From NCBI GenBank assembly GCA_002269645.1, contig NIVC01000887.1, positions 1 to 64,000 on the forward strand: a DNA stretch of 64,000 nucleotides, written 5' to 3'. Shown piece after piece: positions 1-10,967 of this stretch. Numbering within the stretch: the stretch's first letter is position 1; every line of letters starts with the position of its first letter. This DNA is from Macrostomum lignano. Its lineage: Eukaryota. A program made the translations under genes and the position numbers. Under the pieces are notes generated by a model, which saw only the letters and a list, made by a program, of their open reading frames with translations, ran no database searches and was not told the origin of the DNA.

Positions 1-32
1 GCACTACCCCATCCGCAGTGAGTCTGGGCGGC

Positions 33-3000
33 ATGAGCATCGGGCGGTCGTGGCCCTGACCGTTGGCGCCGTGTTCGCCGTCGCCGGGCTGGCAACCTAC
101 GGCTACAAGTCGCTGAAACGCCGTCGCGAAGAGTCGCCCGGCTTCCGCCTGTCCAGCGTCATCAAGCGCAGCCTGGCCGAGGAGCGCCGGGCCCAGAAGA
201 TCAGCCGGAACCTTTCGCTGCACAACCAGCAGCAGCGCCAGCAGCAGCAGCAGCAGCGGCAGGGCGAGTCGCCGACAACCCCGGACGCGCTGCAGATGAT
301 GTCCGAGGGCAACTCGCCGGTGTCCGACACGGGACCGCAGGCGGAGGAGGCGGCCGGCAATCTGGGCAGTTTGACCTTCTCTGTTCTGTACGACAAGTGC
401 AAGCAAACTCTGCTGGTGACCATCGTCCGCTGCGAGGACCTGCCGGCCAAGGACGCCCACCTGGGCTCCTCGGATCCTTACGTGAAGCTGCAGCTGCTGC
501 CGGAGAAGCGGCACAAAGTGAAGACCGCGTGCTGCGCAAGACCTGCAGCCCGGTGTACGAGGAGACGTTCAGCTTCTACGGGATGCGCCCGGCCCAGGTG
601 AAGTCCGCCAGCCTGCACTTTGTTGTGCTGAGCTTCGACAGGTTCTCGCGCGACCACATCATCGGGGAGGTCCTGTTCCCCATGGGCGAGACCGAGACGG
701 ACGACCTACTGAGCGTGACCAGGGAGATTCAGCCGAGGCAGTTCAAGGTGCTTGGCTTGTTGCGTTCTCTTAACTCCATAGTTTATTCCTTTTCTCAGTA
801 CGAGCGATCTTGAACCATCTTTAGCCATTTAACCGCTTAGCCATTTTAGCGCTTCTCTCAGTAACTTTAGCCATTTAACCATCTCAGTAACTTTAGCCAT
901 TTAACCGTCGCTTATCTCAGTAACTTTAGCCAGTTAACCATCTCAGTAACTTTAGCCATTTAACCGTCGCTTATCTCAGTAACTTTAGCCAGTTAACCAT
1001 CTCAGTAACTTTAGCCATTTAACCGTAGCTTATCTCAGTAACTTTAGCCAGTTAACCGTCTCAGTAACTTTAGCCATTTAACCGTCGCTTATCTCAGTAA
1101 CTTTAGCCAGTTAACCATCTCAGTAACTTTTAGCCATTTAACCGTCGCTTATCTCAGTGACTTTAGCCATTTAACCGTCGCTTATCTGAGCATCTTTAGT
1201 CTAGCGCTTCTCTCAGTAACATTAGCCATTTAACCGTCTCTTATCTCAGTAACTTTAGCCAGTTAACCATCGCTTCTCTCAGTAACTTTAGCCATTTAAC
1301 CGTCGCTTATCTCAGTAACTTTAGCCAGTTAACCATCTCAGTAACTTTAGCCATTTAACCGTCGCTTATCTCAGTAACTTTAGCCAGTTAACCGTCTCAG
1401 TAACTTTAGCCATTTAACCGTCGCTTATCTCAGTAACTTTAGCCAGTTAACCATCTCAGTAACTTTAGCCATTTAACCGTCGCTTATCTCAGTAACTTTA
1501 GCCAGTTAACCATCTCAGTAACTTTAGCCATTTAACCGTCGCTTATCTCAGTAACTTTAGCCAGTTAACCGTCTCAGTAACTTTAGCCATTTAACCGTCG
1601 CTTATCTCAGTAACTTTAGCCAGTTAACCATCTCAGTAACTTTAGCCATTTAACCGTCGCTTATCTCAGTGACTTTAGCCATTTAACCGTCGCTTATCTG
1701 AGCATCTTTAGTCTAGCGCTTCTCTCAGTAACTTTAGCTCTTAACCGTCGCTTATCTCAGTAACTTTAGCCATTTAATCGTCGCTTATCTGAGCATCTTA
1801 AGCCCAGCGGTTATCTCAGTAACATTAGCCATTTAACCGTCTCTTATCTCAGTAACTTTAGCCAGTTAACCATCGCTTCTCTCAGTAACTTTAGCCATTT
1901 AACCGTCGCTTATCTCAGTAACTTTAGCCATTTAACCGTCGCTTATCTCAGTAACCTTAGCCAGTTAACCATCGCTTCTCTCAGTAACTTTAGCCATTTA
2001 AATGTCGCTTATCTGAGCATCTTTAGCCTAGCGGTTATCTCAGTAACTTTAGCCATTTAACCGTCGCTTATCTCTTATCGCTGCATCATTATCTCTTTAT
2101 GAGTGTCTGATTTTGAAGCTGTATTTTGCCTGATCTGCAAATAATTATCGCTCGCTTATGCCGGACTATAAGAAACCAGCCTCAATTCCCGAAATTTCGC
2201 ACCAAACCCAGGTGAAGAACCAGAACCGTGGCGAGCTGCTGGTGAGCCTGTGCCACCAGCCTGCGGCTAACCGTCTGACCGTTGTTGTGCTGAAGGCCCG
2301 CAACCTGCCGAAGATGGACGTGACCGGACTGGCTGGTGAGTGGGACTGAGTGAGACAGGAAGGGCCTGAGACTGCAATCAGGAAAGGTACGCGACCCTCG
2401 AACGGATATTGGGCTGATTGCTGAGTGGGTGGGTGCCGCTTTTAAGCGAAAAGCGATCAGAGAGAGCGTTTTGTCCAGCCTCGAGTCGAATTCGCGTGAG
2501 GCACGCAAGGGAGGGCGCGGCTGAGCGAGAATACCTGCTCTGCTATATGCTTTGCTATGAAACAGATCACTGTGGAAGTAAGCAACTGGCAAATGGGAGC
2601 TGACAGGAGCATGGGAGGGGGAGGGGCTGCATAAAGCCGGCGGTCAGGAGAGACAGAAGCCCCAGAGTTGCTTGAATGGGCGCGTGCAGCCTCCACTCAC
2701 TCTGCCATCTCCGTTGCGGCTTTCCCCTCTAGCGCACTTATTCTAATTTGCCCCACAATCCTCTTTTCTGCCTGCCTCCCCTCTCACTTTAGATCTGTGC
2801 AGCATCTTAGCGCTTCTTCCGCTTCTGTCGCCTTTACATAATATTCTTTTATTAATACACTTTCCTTTGGCTCTAGCGGCTCCTCACAGCGACATCGAAT
2901 GCCCTAGGGGCTGCAGGAGCGGCCTCCGGCTCAGAGTCTAGCTCAGTCCTCTAGCTCTGTGTGTAACAGCAGGCATAAAATATATCTGAACATAAGACCT

Positions 3001-3836
3001 CGGGGTTTCAGTTCACCTCTGGGCGGGCGGAATAGATGCTGATTCGACAAATGACAAATACATTGGACAGGCCTTGTTCCATTTAAGTCTGTCGTGCTGC
3101 TCAAGGTTGGTTACAGCATTTTGTCCACAGACATTGATGATGCATCAATCAATCAACACAGTTCGATAACAGACAGTACAATACTACGCTTTTGGGAGAC
3201 ACTTTTTAACTTTGCGATGTCAGACCGAGTGAAGCCGCAGTCTACATCCGGGCAGGCACATCGCATAGATTATGTACACAGTCACCACTTCATATAGGTT
3301 CGAAGAGGAACATTTGATAGTGTTTAATCAGGTGGAGGCCAGAAAAGGCATATGCGCGAAAATATAATAACACAGGTGGTTTACATAATACCGAGGTTAT
3401 CGTTGGATATCGCAACGTTCTCGAATGCTATCTGCGTGAAACGTTGTTGCTATAAACGCTTAGGACAAGTTTGGGTAGTTCGAGTCCGTTTGACAATGAA
3501 TTACCCAACTGAAAATCCCCCCCAGGCGACCCCTACGTGAAGCTCTACCTGCAGTACAACGGGCAGCGGATCGCCAAGAAGAAGACCCACGTGAAGAAGC
3601 GCACGCTGAATCCAGTCTACAACGAATCGTTCGTGTTTGAAGTGCCGCCAAACGAGGGCCTCCACCAGCTGGCCCTGGAGCTGCTTGTGCTGGACTGGGA
3701 CCGAGTCACCAAGAACGAAGTGATCGGCCGCCTGGAGCTGGGCCTCGGCCGCGGCGAGCTGGCCGACAAGCACTGGCAGGAGGCCATGAACTGTCCGCGC
3801 AAGCAGATCGCCGAGTGGCACCGCCTCGCCGAGTAA
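33..3836 (+). CDS. SYT4: Synaptotagmin-4/11-type protein (TM-C2A-C2B); exons ~33-747, 2212-2335, 3526-3836; two apparent 1-nt deletions in exon 1 (G run 42-44; C run 525-526); true start may lie upstream of the window
   Basis: Hydrophobic TM ([25 protein letters not shown] after restoring one G), C2A ([43 protein letters not shown]; LSFDRFSRD), C2B ([31 protein letters not shown]; DPYVK; [19 protein letters not shown]; [15 protein letters not shown]). GT-AG introns with matching phases (0 then 1). The C2A Asp-to-Ser (LSFDRF) is the Syt4/11 hallmark. Confidence 0.9.
812..2074. repeat. Minisatellite in SYT4 intron 1; alternating 26-bp and 33-bp variants of TCTCAGTAACTTTAGCCA(G/T)TTAACC(A/GTCGCTTA)
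   Basis: Direct tandem periodicity read from the sequence; boundaries approximate. Confidence 0.95.
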
Positions 3837-5079
3837 GCGGAGCCCAGCGGCACCGTCAGCTGTGCAAAAAATAACCGGACCTTTGGAACGCCCCCGACAA
3901 GTGAATCTGGCTCTCATTTCTAACGCCCCCGCATCTGTCTCTGTCAGCCCTCATTCTGGCCTCTCCGTTCCCGCCCAGTCTCTCAACTCTGTCTCCTCGT
4001 CATTCGTGTCGCTCGCGTGTTGTTCGTCGCTGTTCCGTCATTTTCGTCCGTTTGAAAAAGAAACTATTTTTGTTAGATCAGCCCCGCTTGTCAGATCAAG
4101 GAACTTGGAAATTAAAGAACTGAATGGAAATGCAGATTCTATTTTTATTGTTCCGAATATTTGTCTAATCGTCTAACTAAATATTATTGATATTATTATT
4201 TTGTTTTACTGTAACTGTTACCATCAGATTTATATGTACCACTTTTCCGGGTTTATGTTAACGCGCACTTAGCACAACCGCAGCCTCTCTGTCCTCGTTC
4301 TATCCGCTTGCGATGTCTGTATTTGGGTCCTTAAAAATGTTTTTGCGCCACTGCAGAAATAGATTTAAAAAATCAGAAAATTAATAACACTCTTAGTAGA
4401 GCTGGAAAATCAAAATCAAAATCAAAATCATTTACTCGTAAAATTATCTGCACGTGGTGATCGCGGGAAAGGCGCTTATGTAGAATTATTTGCGCAATTC
4501 TTAACTTCTCCCAGATTTCCCGTAGCCGTGTCTATTTTTAAGCAAAGTCTAGATTAAACAGTTCCTATCTTGTGTCGCCTTGTTGTGTAGCGCATGAACT
4601 TGAGGCGTTCGCCCCGCCCAGCGCACCCCGGAATCCGTCAGTCAATGTGATAACTGAACTTTATTTTTGTTATTATTTAAGATTCAAAAATTGTTATTCG
4701 TCTTACTATTTGGCTTAGATGTGGCCGCTCCTTGTCTGTGTCGAGTATGTGTGAATCATCTCTCGTGTTTCTGTCGATCCGCCCCTGCCCCCCTCATTCA
4801 AATGGACCTATTTGATATAGCCGCTCCGATGCGGAAGTTATAAGGACGCGAGCGTTGAAGCGAGAATTACTAAAAGCAGAACTGGCAAGAAATTTCTGTT
4901 CCCGTGCGAGTTTTCTAAAAAAAGAGAAATCTGCTCTCGTGAGGACAAACAGCAACAAATAATTCGCTAATTAACATCTCTGAATAAACTGCAAATCTGG
5001 CAAACGCAAATTCTGTCTTTTTGGATTTTGTTATTTTTATTGTCTTACTTAATACTTAATGCTAACTGTTCTAAGATGA

Positions 5080-6622
5080 CAGCTAGATGTAAAGTAGACG
5101 GCATCTAGATGTAAATAAGACGGTAGCTAGATGTAAATTAGACGGTAGCTAGATGTAAAGTACACGGTAGCTAGATATAAAGTACACGGTAGCTAGTATA
5201 GATGTAAATTAGACGGCAGCTAGATATAAATGAGACGGTAGCTAGATGTAAAGTACACGGTAGCTAGATATAAATGAGACGGTAGCTAGATGTGAAGTAC
5301 ACGGTAGCTAAATGAAAATTTAACGATAGCTAGATGTAAATTAGACGGTAGCTAGATGTAAAGTAGACTGTAGCTAGATGTAAAGTACACGGTAGCTAGA
5401 TATAAATGAGACGGTAGCTAGATGTGAAGTACACGGTAGCTAAATGAAAATTTAACGATAGCTAGATGTAAATAAGACGGCAGCTAGATGTAGAAGAGAT
5501 GACAGCTAGATGTAAATAAAACGGCAGCTAGATGTAAATAAGACGGCAGCTAGATGTAAATAAGACGGCAGCTAGATGTAAATAAGACGGCAGCTAGATG
5601 TAAATGAGACGGCAGCTAGATGTAAATGAGACGGCAGCTAGATGTAAATAAGACGGTAGCTAGATGTAAAGTAGACGGTAGCTAGATGTAACCGAGACGG
5701 TAGCTAGATGTAACTGAGACGGTAGCTAGATGTAAATTAGACGGCAGCTAGATGTAAATAAGACGGCAGCTAGATGTAAATTAGACGGTAGCTAGATGTA
5801 AAGTACACGGTAGCTAGATATAAAGTACACGGTAGCTAGTATAGATGTAAATTAGACGGCAGCTAGATATAAATGAGACGGTAGCTAGATGTAAAGTACA
5901 CCGTAGCTAAATGAAAATTTGACGATAGCTAGATGTAAATTAGACGGCAGCTAGATGTGAAGTAGACGGTAACTAGATGTAAAGTAGACGGTAGCTAGAT
6001 GTAAAGTAGACGGTAGCTAGATGTAAAGTAGACTGTAGCTAGATGTAAATAAGACGGCAGCTAGATGTAGAAGAGATGACAGCTAGATGTAAATAAAACG
6101 GCAGCTAGATGTAAATAAGACGGCAGCTAGATGTAAATGAGACGGCAGCTAGATGTAAATAAGACGGCAGCTAGATGTAAATGAGACGGCAGCTAGATGT
6201 AAATAAGACGGCAGCTAGATGTAAAGTAGACGGTAGCTAGATGTAACTGAGACGGTAGCTAGATGTAAATTAGACGGCAGCTAGATGTAAATAAGACGGC
6301 AGCTAGATGTAAATTAGACGGCAGCTAGATGTAAATAAGACGGCAGCTAGATGTAAAGTAGACGGTAGCTAGATGTAAATGAGACGGCAGCTAGATGTAA
6401 ATGAGATGACAGCTAGATGTAAATGAGATGACAGCTAGATGTAAAGTAGACGGTAGCTAGATGTAAATTAGACGGCAGCTAGATGTAAATGAGATGACAG
6501 CTAGATGTAAATGAGATGACAGCTAGATGTAAATGAGATGACAGCTAGATGTAAATTAGACGGCAGCTAGATGTAAAGTAGACGGCAGCTAGATGTAAAG
6601 TAGACGGCAGCTAGATGTAAAT
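5080..6622. repeat. 22-bp minisatellite AGCTAGATGTAAATAAGACGGC, ending about 65 bp before the retrotransposon
   Basis: Direct tandem periodicity; boundaries approximate. Confidence 0.95.
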
Positions 6623-6689
6623 GTAAAAATATAGATGAAAAATCATAACCTTCACGGAAGCCTGGTGATGGCTCGGCATTAACACTAAT

Positions 6690-7046
6690 TGAGGTGCCGG
6701 GCGTGTTTTGATGTACTGCACTGCACCTGACTCACCTGAGTCCAATTATGAGTAACTCTAACTAGCCAGCCAGCCTAACTAACCAAACCGGCCTACTCCG
6801 GTGTACGCTGCTCTGCGTACTTTTTCTCTCTCTCCCCTTGACATGATAATATTCAGTAGTGATCGATTCTGAGTTTTAAGCCCACTTACTTGTTGTCTTT
6901 TAAGCCTATATATTGGTCTCGCCACCTACCACCTCGTATCTCACAATCATTGCAATAATTCGCTCATCTCAAATACACAACTTCGTACTTGACTCAAACC
7001 AAGCCCACGGGCGGCCTTGTCATCGTTTACTGGGCGCGACTTGACA
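6690..7046 (+). repeat. 5' LTR (357 bp, TGAGG...TGACA); candidate TATA (CCTATATAT) near 6906-6914
   Basis: Direct repeat of 10965-11322. Confidence 0.97.
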
Positions 7047-10000
7047 ATGGCGTCGCAAGCAAACAACTCCGAACTAAACTTGGATGACCCAGACACAGCC
7101 GAAGCCTGGCTGCTCAGCTTTGCGGCTGCCGCACGAACCAAGAAACTGACGGACACAGAAGAAGATCGGCAGATCACCGATCTATTCCTCGCCAGGGCAG
7201 GTCTCAAGGCACTGAGAACGCTGTCCCTCATGGCTGCCCCGACCAGCCTGGAGAAAAAAACATTTGAACAAATTCGAGACATCATCAAGGAGACAATCCG
7301 GCCCAAGAAGCGCCTCGATATTGCCGAACGAGCAAAATTCCTCGCCCTCAGGCAGGACCCAAGCGAAAGTGTCGCCTCCTACTACCGCCGACTCCGTGCA
7401 GCAGCGGCTACGTGTAGCTTTGAGAAGCTCGGGACGAAACAGTCAAGCGAGGACGAGCTCATCACCATGCGGCTCGTGGACGGACTCGCCTCTGTGGACC
7501 ACAAACATAGACTGTTGGAGAGAATGCAAGCTACCGACATGCTGCTGAACGAGGTGCTGCAAACACTTGAGCAACTTGAGCAAATCCGCTGCTACAACAC
7601 CAGCACCGGGGCCGCTGCCAACACCGAGGCCAGCATCGCCTATGCAGGGCGGCGCGGCACGCCCCCACAGCCAGCGCCGGACACCAGACCACCGAGGAAC
7701 ATCAGCAAGACGAAGTGCCAATATTGCGGCGGTTTGCACCAGCAAGGCGCATGCCCTGCGTTCGGCAAGCGGTGCACCGCCTGCAACAAGAAAAACCACT
7801 TCGCTGCCGTATGCAGGTCCCGCACCGTGCATCTAGAGACCTGGGAGGAGAACGAAGGCGCCGAGATGGAGCGAGATACTGCCAACGTCTTCGTCATCAG
7901 ACCGAAGCGCAGAGAGCGGAACGGCATCTTCCGGCAGGTAAAAATCAACGGCAAGGAGCTGCAAATGCAGGTAGATACGGGCGCTGATGTGAGTCTCATT
8001 CCACGGGGCCACTGGGAGACACTTGGATGCCCAGCACTGAGGAAATCCAGACGAATTCTGAGACAGTTCGACGGATCGATCATAAGAACCCTGGGAGAGT
8101 TCACTGCCACGTGGGATGACCAAGAAAAGTTCCGCACAGTCGACTTGGTGGTCACAGCAGCGCGCAAGTCACATGGACTGCTGGGTCTTGACAATCTGGA
8201 TTGGAACCCCGAAGGCCAGGCAGCCAGTGCTCAGGATTCCGTAGTTCAACATCTCGATTGTCTGAAAGGCTTCCAGGCCAGGATCAAGCTGATTGAGGGT
8301 GCCAAGCCTTTCTACTGCGCAGCCAGAGCAGTGCCGCTGCACCTGCGTGACCGCGTCAATCAGGAGCTAAAGCGTCTCGTGACTGAGGGCATCATCGAGC
8401 CGGTGACGGAGGGCGGCAGCGAATGGGCGTCCCCGATCGTCTGCGTCCTAAAACCTAATGGCAATGTCAGAATTTGCGCCGACTACAAAGCGGGGGTCAA
8501 CCATCAGGTGTGCGGGGACACCTACCCCATGCCAACCGTCGAAACGATCTTCTCGGACGTTGCCGGAATGACTGACTTTGCCACTCTCGACCTATCTGAC
8601 GCCTACTTACAGATCGAGCTCGAGGAGAAGAGCAGGGAGGTCACCACGATTGCAACTCCTTTAGGGCTGTTCCGCTACACCCGACTAGTGCCTGGCCTCA
8701 AGTCAGCATCCGCCATCTTTCAAAAGGCAATGGAGACCACCCTCGAGGACGTAAGCGGCAAGGTCATTTATCAAGACGACATCCTTATCGGAGGTCAATC
8801 TGCCGAGGGTCTCAAGGCCAAAGTTGATGAAGTAATCAAGACCCTACAGGCGGCCGGCATGAATATAAATCTCGCCAAATCCAACCTGGGGGCCAAGACA
8901 GTCAAGTTCCTGGGCTACAGAATCAGCGCAGACGGAATCTCGCCAGACCCCGGCCTGGTCAGCAAAATCATGGAGATCTCCGCGCCACGCGACCGTCGCC
9001 AGTTAGAGTCGTTCCTTGGTCTCTGCAATTTCTTCGGAAGGTTTGTCAACAACTATGCGCACGTTGTCGAGCCTTTGAACCAGCTGCGCAAGAAGGGAGC
9101 GGAGTTTGTGTGGGGAGCTGCGCAAGAAGCGGCCTTCCACCAGCTGAAGAAGCTGCTGAGCTCCGGCCCGATCATCCAGCCTTATGACCGAGCCAAAGAG
9201 ACAACGCTGACGACAGACGCCAGTGAAAAGGCGGTGGCCGCCGTGCTCACGCAGGAAGGGCACCCCGTCATCTACTTCAGCCGGCGATTGACACAGGCGG
9301 AGGCGCGCTACTCCAACATCGAGCGGGAGGCTCTGGCGATTGTTTGGGCGATGGAGAGGGCTCGACAGTTCCTTCTAGGCAAGCGTTTCACACTGCGAAC
9401 GGACCACCGCCCTCTAGAGTTCCTGTTTGGAACAAGACAACAACTCCCCAAGGTCGCCAACGCTCGACTGCTTCGCTGGGCCATCCGCCTCATGGGGTTC
9501 GACTTCGCAATTGAGTACGTCCGAGGAGCCCAAATTCCGCACGCCGATGCGCTCTCCCGGCTCGACTTTGCCGACGTTCCGGACGACCAGGCTGAAGCTG
9601 CGACTCACCACCACCACCTGGTGCATTGGGCTGGTGAAAGCGTCATTGGTTGGAATGAGCTAGCAGAGGAGACAAAACGTGACAGGCTGCTAGCAGATGT
9701 CATGCGCAGGATAGCCGGAAATCGCTGGTCGGGCTGCTCCCCTGCAGAGCGGCCCTTCAAGGCAATTCGTCACGCGCTTACAATAGACGACTCGGTAGTG
9801 TGCTACGGAGACCGGCCAGTCATTCCCTCGTCTTTGCGAAGCCGCGTCCTGGAGTTGGTACACAGCGGGGCGCACCCCGGTGCCTCGAGCACACGAGCGC
9901 TGGTCCGCAACTCCGTCTGGTGGCCAGGCTACTGCGGCGACGTGGAAGGATTCGTCCGTGCCTGCCACACCTGCGCCAAGCAACGCCAAAGCGGCCACAG

Positions 10001-10967
10001 CAGCGTCCATCAATGGCCGGCCGACTCTGAACCCTGGGGACGCGTCCACATGGACCACGCTCACGTCCCAAAGGTCGGGCTCCTGCTGGTCCTGGTCGAC
10101 GCCATGTCCGCCTGGCCGGAGGCCGTCCGAGTGCCGGACAAGAGCGCCGCGACCGTCAGGAAGGTCCTCCAGGAGGTCTTCGCCCGCAATGGAGTTCCCC
10201 GAACCCTGGTGAGTGACAATGCTGCTGAATTTCATGATGAAGGGTTGGTGAGTTGGCTGAGCAGAATTGGCTGCCGCGCTGTGAAAACTCCGCCATACCA
10301 CCCCCAGTCGAACGGCCTGGCTGAGCGCATGGTGCAGACGATCAAGGTGGCCTCGGCGGGCTGGGACCAGCAGGAGTCGTACGACGCGTTCCTCGCGCGG
10401 ATTCTGCTAAACTACCGATGCGTGCCGCATGCCGGAAGAGAGTTCAGTCCAGCGCAGCTGATGGGCAGGCAGCTGCGGAACCCCATCACCATGAGAACAG
10501 CAATCCGGTCCGAGGTGTGGTACGCCCCAAGGAGAGGCGCGATCCCGGAAAAGGCAGAATTCCTAGCGCAGAAGGGATCCAACACGGCGCTGATCGTGCG
10601 ACAAGGCAACAGAGTCACACTCGCCCACCTTGACCAACTTCGGCGACACGAGCCTGACAACAATGAGGGCGGCGCGACTGCGACAACCGACCTGAACGGC
10701 AACCTCCGCTCCGAGGGGGCGGCGAAGCCCGCCGACCTGCCAACAGTGACGCCCGGCAGCGACGGACCTCCGGTCTCGGCCACGTCAGAGCAGGTGGAGA
10801 ACCAGCCGGCGGCGAGCTCAGTCCCGAGTACTCCCGAGTCCGGTGGCCACAACCGCTTAGCGGAGAGCAGAGCCGGAACTGACAAGGCGACTACGGCTCA
10901 GAGACCGAGCTACAACCTCCGAGCGAATCGAGGCGTGCCCCCGTTGCGATTCGAAGGGGGGAGATGA
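7047..10967 (+). CDS. gag-pol: Single-ORF Gag-Pol polyprotein (1306 aa from ATG 7047)
   Basis: Two Cys/His knuckles (CQYCGGLHQQGAC, CTACNKKNHFAAVC), protease (VDTGADVS), RT (YQDDILI), RNase H (TTDASEKAV), integrase (H..HPG..CHTC; DAMS, SDNA, NGLAERM). No stops or frameshifts. Confidence 0.97.
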   Translation: MASQANNSELNLDDPDTAEAWLLSFAAAARTKKLTDTEEDRQITDLFLARAGLKALRTLSLMAAPTSLEKKTFEQIRDIIKETIRPKKRLDIAERAKFLALRQDPSESVASYYRRLRAAAATCSFEKLGTKQSSEDELITMRLVDGLASVDHKHRLLERMQATDMLLNEVLQTLEQLEQIRCYNTSTGAAANTEASIAYAGRRGTPPQPAPDTRPPRNISKTKCQYCGGLHQQGACPAFGKRCTACNKKNHFAAVCRSRTVHLETWEENEGAEMERDTANVFVIRPKRRERNGIFRQVKINGKELQMQVDTGADVSLIPRGHWETLGCPALRKSRRILRQFDGSIIRTLGEFTATWDDQEKFRTVDLVVTAARKSHGLLGLDNLDWNPEGQAASAQDSVVQHLDCLKGFQARIKLIEGAKPFYCAARAVPLHLRDRVNQELKRLVTEGIIEPVTEGGSEWASPIVCVLKPNGNVRICADYKAGVNHQVCGDTYPMPTVETIFSDVAGMTDFATLDLSDAYLQIELEEKSREVTTIATPLGLFRYTRLVPGLKSASAIFQKAMETTLEDVSGKVIYQDDILIGGQSAEGLKAKVDEVIKTLQAAGMNINLAKSNLGAKTVKFLGYRISADGISPDPGLVSKIMEISAPRDRRQLESFLGLCNFFGRFVNNYAHVVEPLNQLRKKGAEFVWGAAQEAAFHQLKKLLSSGPIIQPYDRAKETTLTTDASEKAVAAVLTQEGHPVIYFSRRLTQAEARYSNIEREALAIVWAMERARQFLLGKRFTLRTDHRPLEFLFGTRQQLPKVANARLLRWAIRLMGFDFAIEYVRGAQIPHADALSRLDFADVPDDQAEAATHHHHLVHWAGESVIGWNELAEETKRDRLLADVMRRIAGNRWSGCSPAERPFKAIRHALTIDDSVVCYGDRPVIPSSLRSRVLELVHSGAHPGASSTRALVRNSVWWPGYCGDVEGFVRACHTCAKQRQSGHSSVHQWPADSEPWGRVHMDHAHVPKVGLLLVLVDAMSAWPEAVRVPDKSAATVRKVLQEVFARNGVPRTLVSDNAAEFHDEGLVSWLSRIGCRAVKTPPYHPQSNGLAERMVQTIKVASAGWDQQESYDAFLARILLNYRCVPHAGREFSPAQLMGRQLRNPITMRTAIRSEVWYAPRRGAIPEKAEFLAQKGSNTALIVRQGNRVTLAHLDQLRRHEPDNNEGGATATTDLNGNLRSEGAAKPADLPTVTPGSDGPPVSATSEQVENQPAASSVPSTPESGGHNRLAESRAGTDKATTAQRPSYNLRANRGVPPLRFEGGR
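7048..7061 (+). promoter_or_regulatory. Primer-binding site TGGCGTCGCAAGCA (tRNA-Ser-like 3' end, inferred)
   Basis: TGG one base after the 5' LTR. Reverse complement TGCTTGCGACG-CCA fits a tRNA 3' end with a G discriminator and a (CC)TGC T-stem, as in tRNA-Ser. The primer identity is not verified. Confidence 0.7.
10953..10964 (+). promoter_or_regulatory. Polypurine tract GAAGGGGGGAGA
   Basis: 12 consecutive purines abutting the 3' LTR. Confidence 0.9.

Noticed and set aside
229-258. CAG/polyQ run in SYT4 as an expansion of interest
   Set aside because: Short, interrupted run in a disordered linker; common in GC-rich exons.
525-541. Programmed ribosomal frameshifting in SYT4 or WDR1
   Set aside because: No slippery heptamer or downstream structure; each case is fixed by one base in a 2-3 nt G/C run, as expected for sequencing error.
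7264-10885. Short alternative-frame and antisense ORFs within the retrotransposon; possible env or chromodomain
   Set aside because: Shadows of a GC-rich ORF with no motifs. The integrase tail is low complexity with no chromodomain, and there is no space for env before the PPT.
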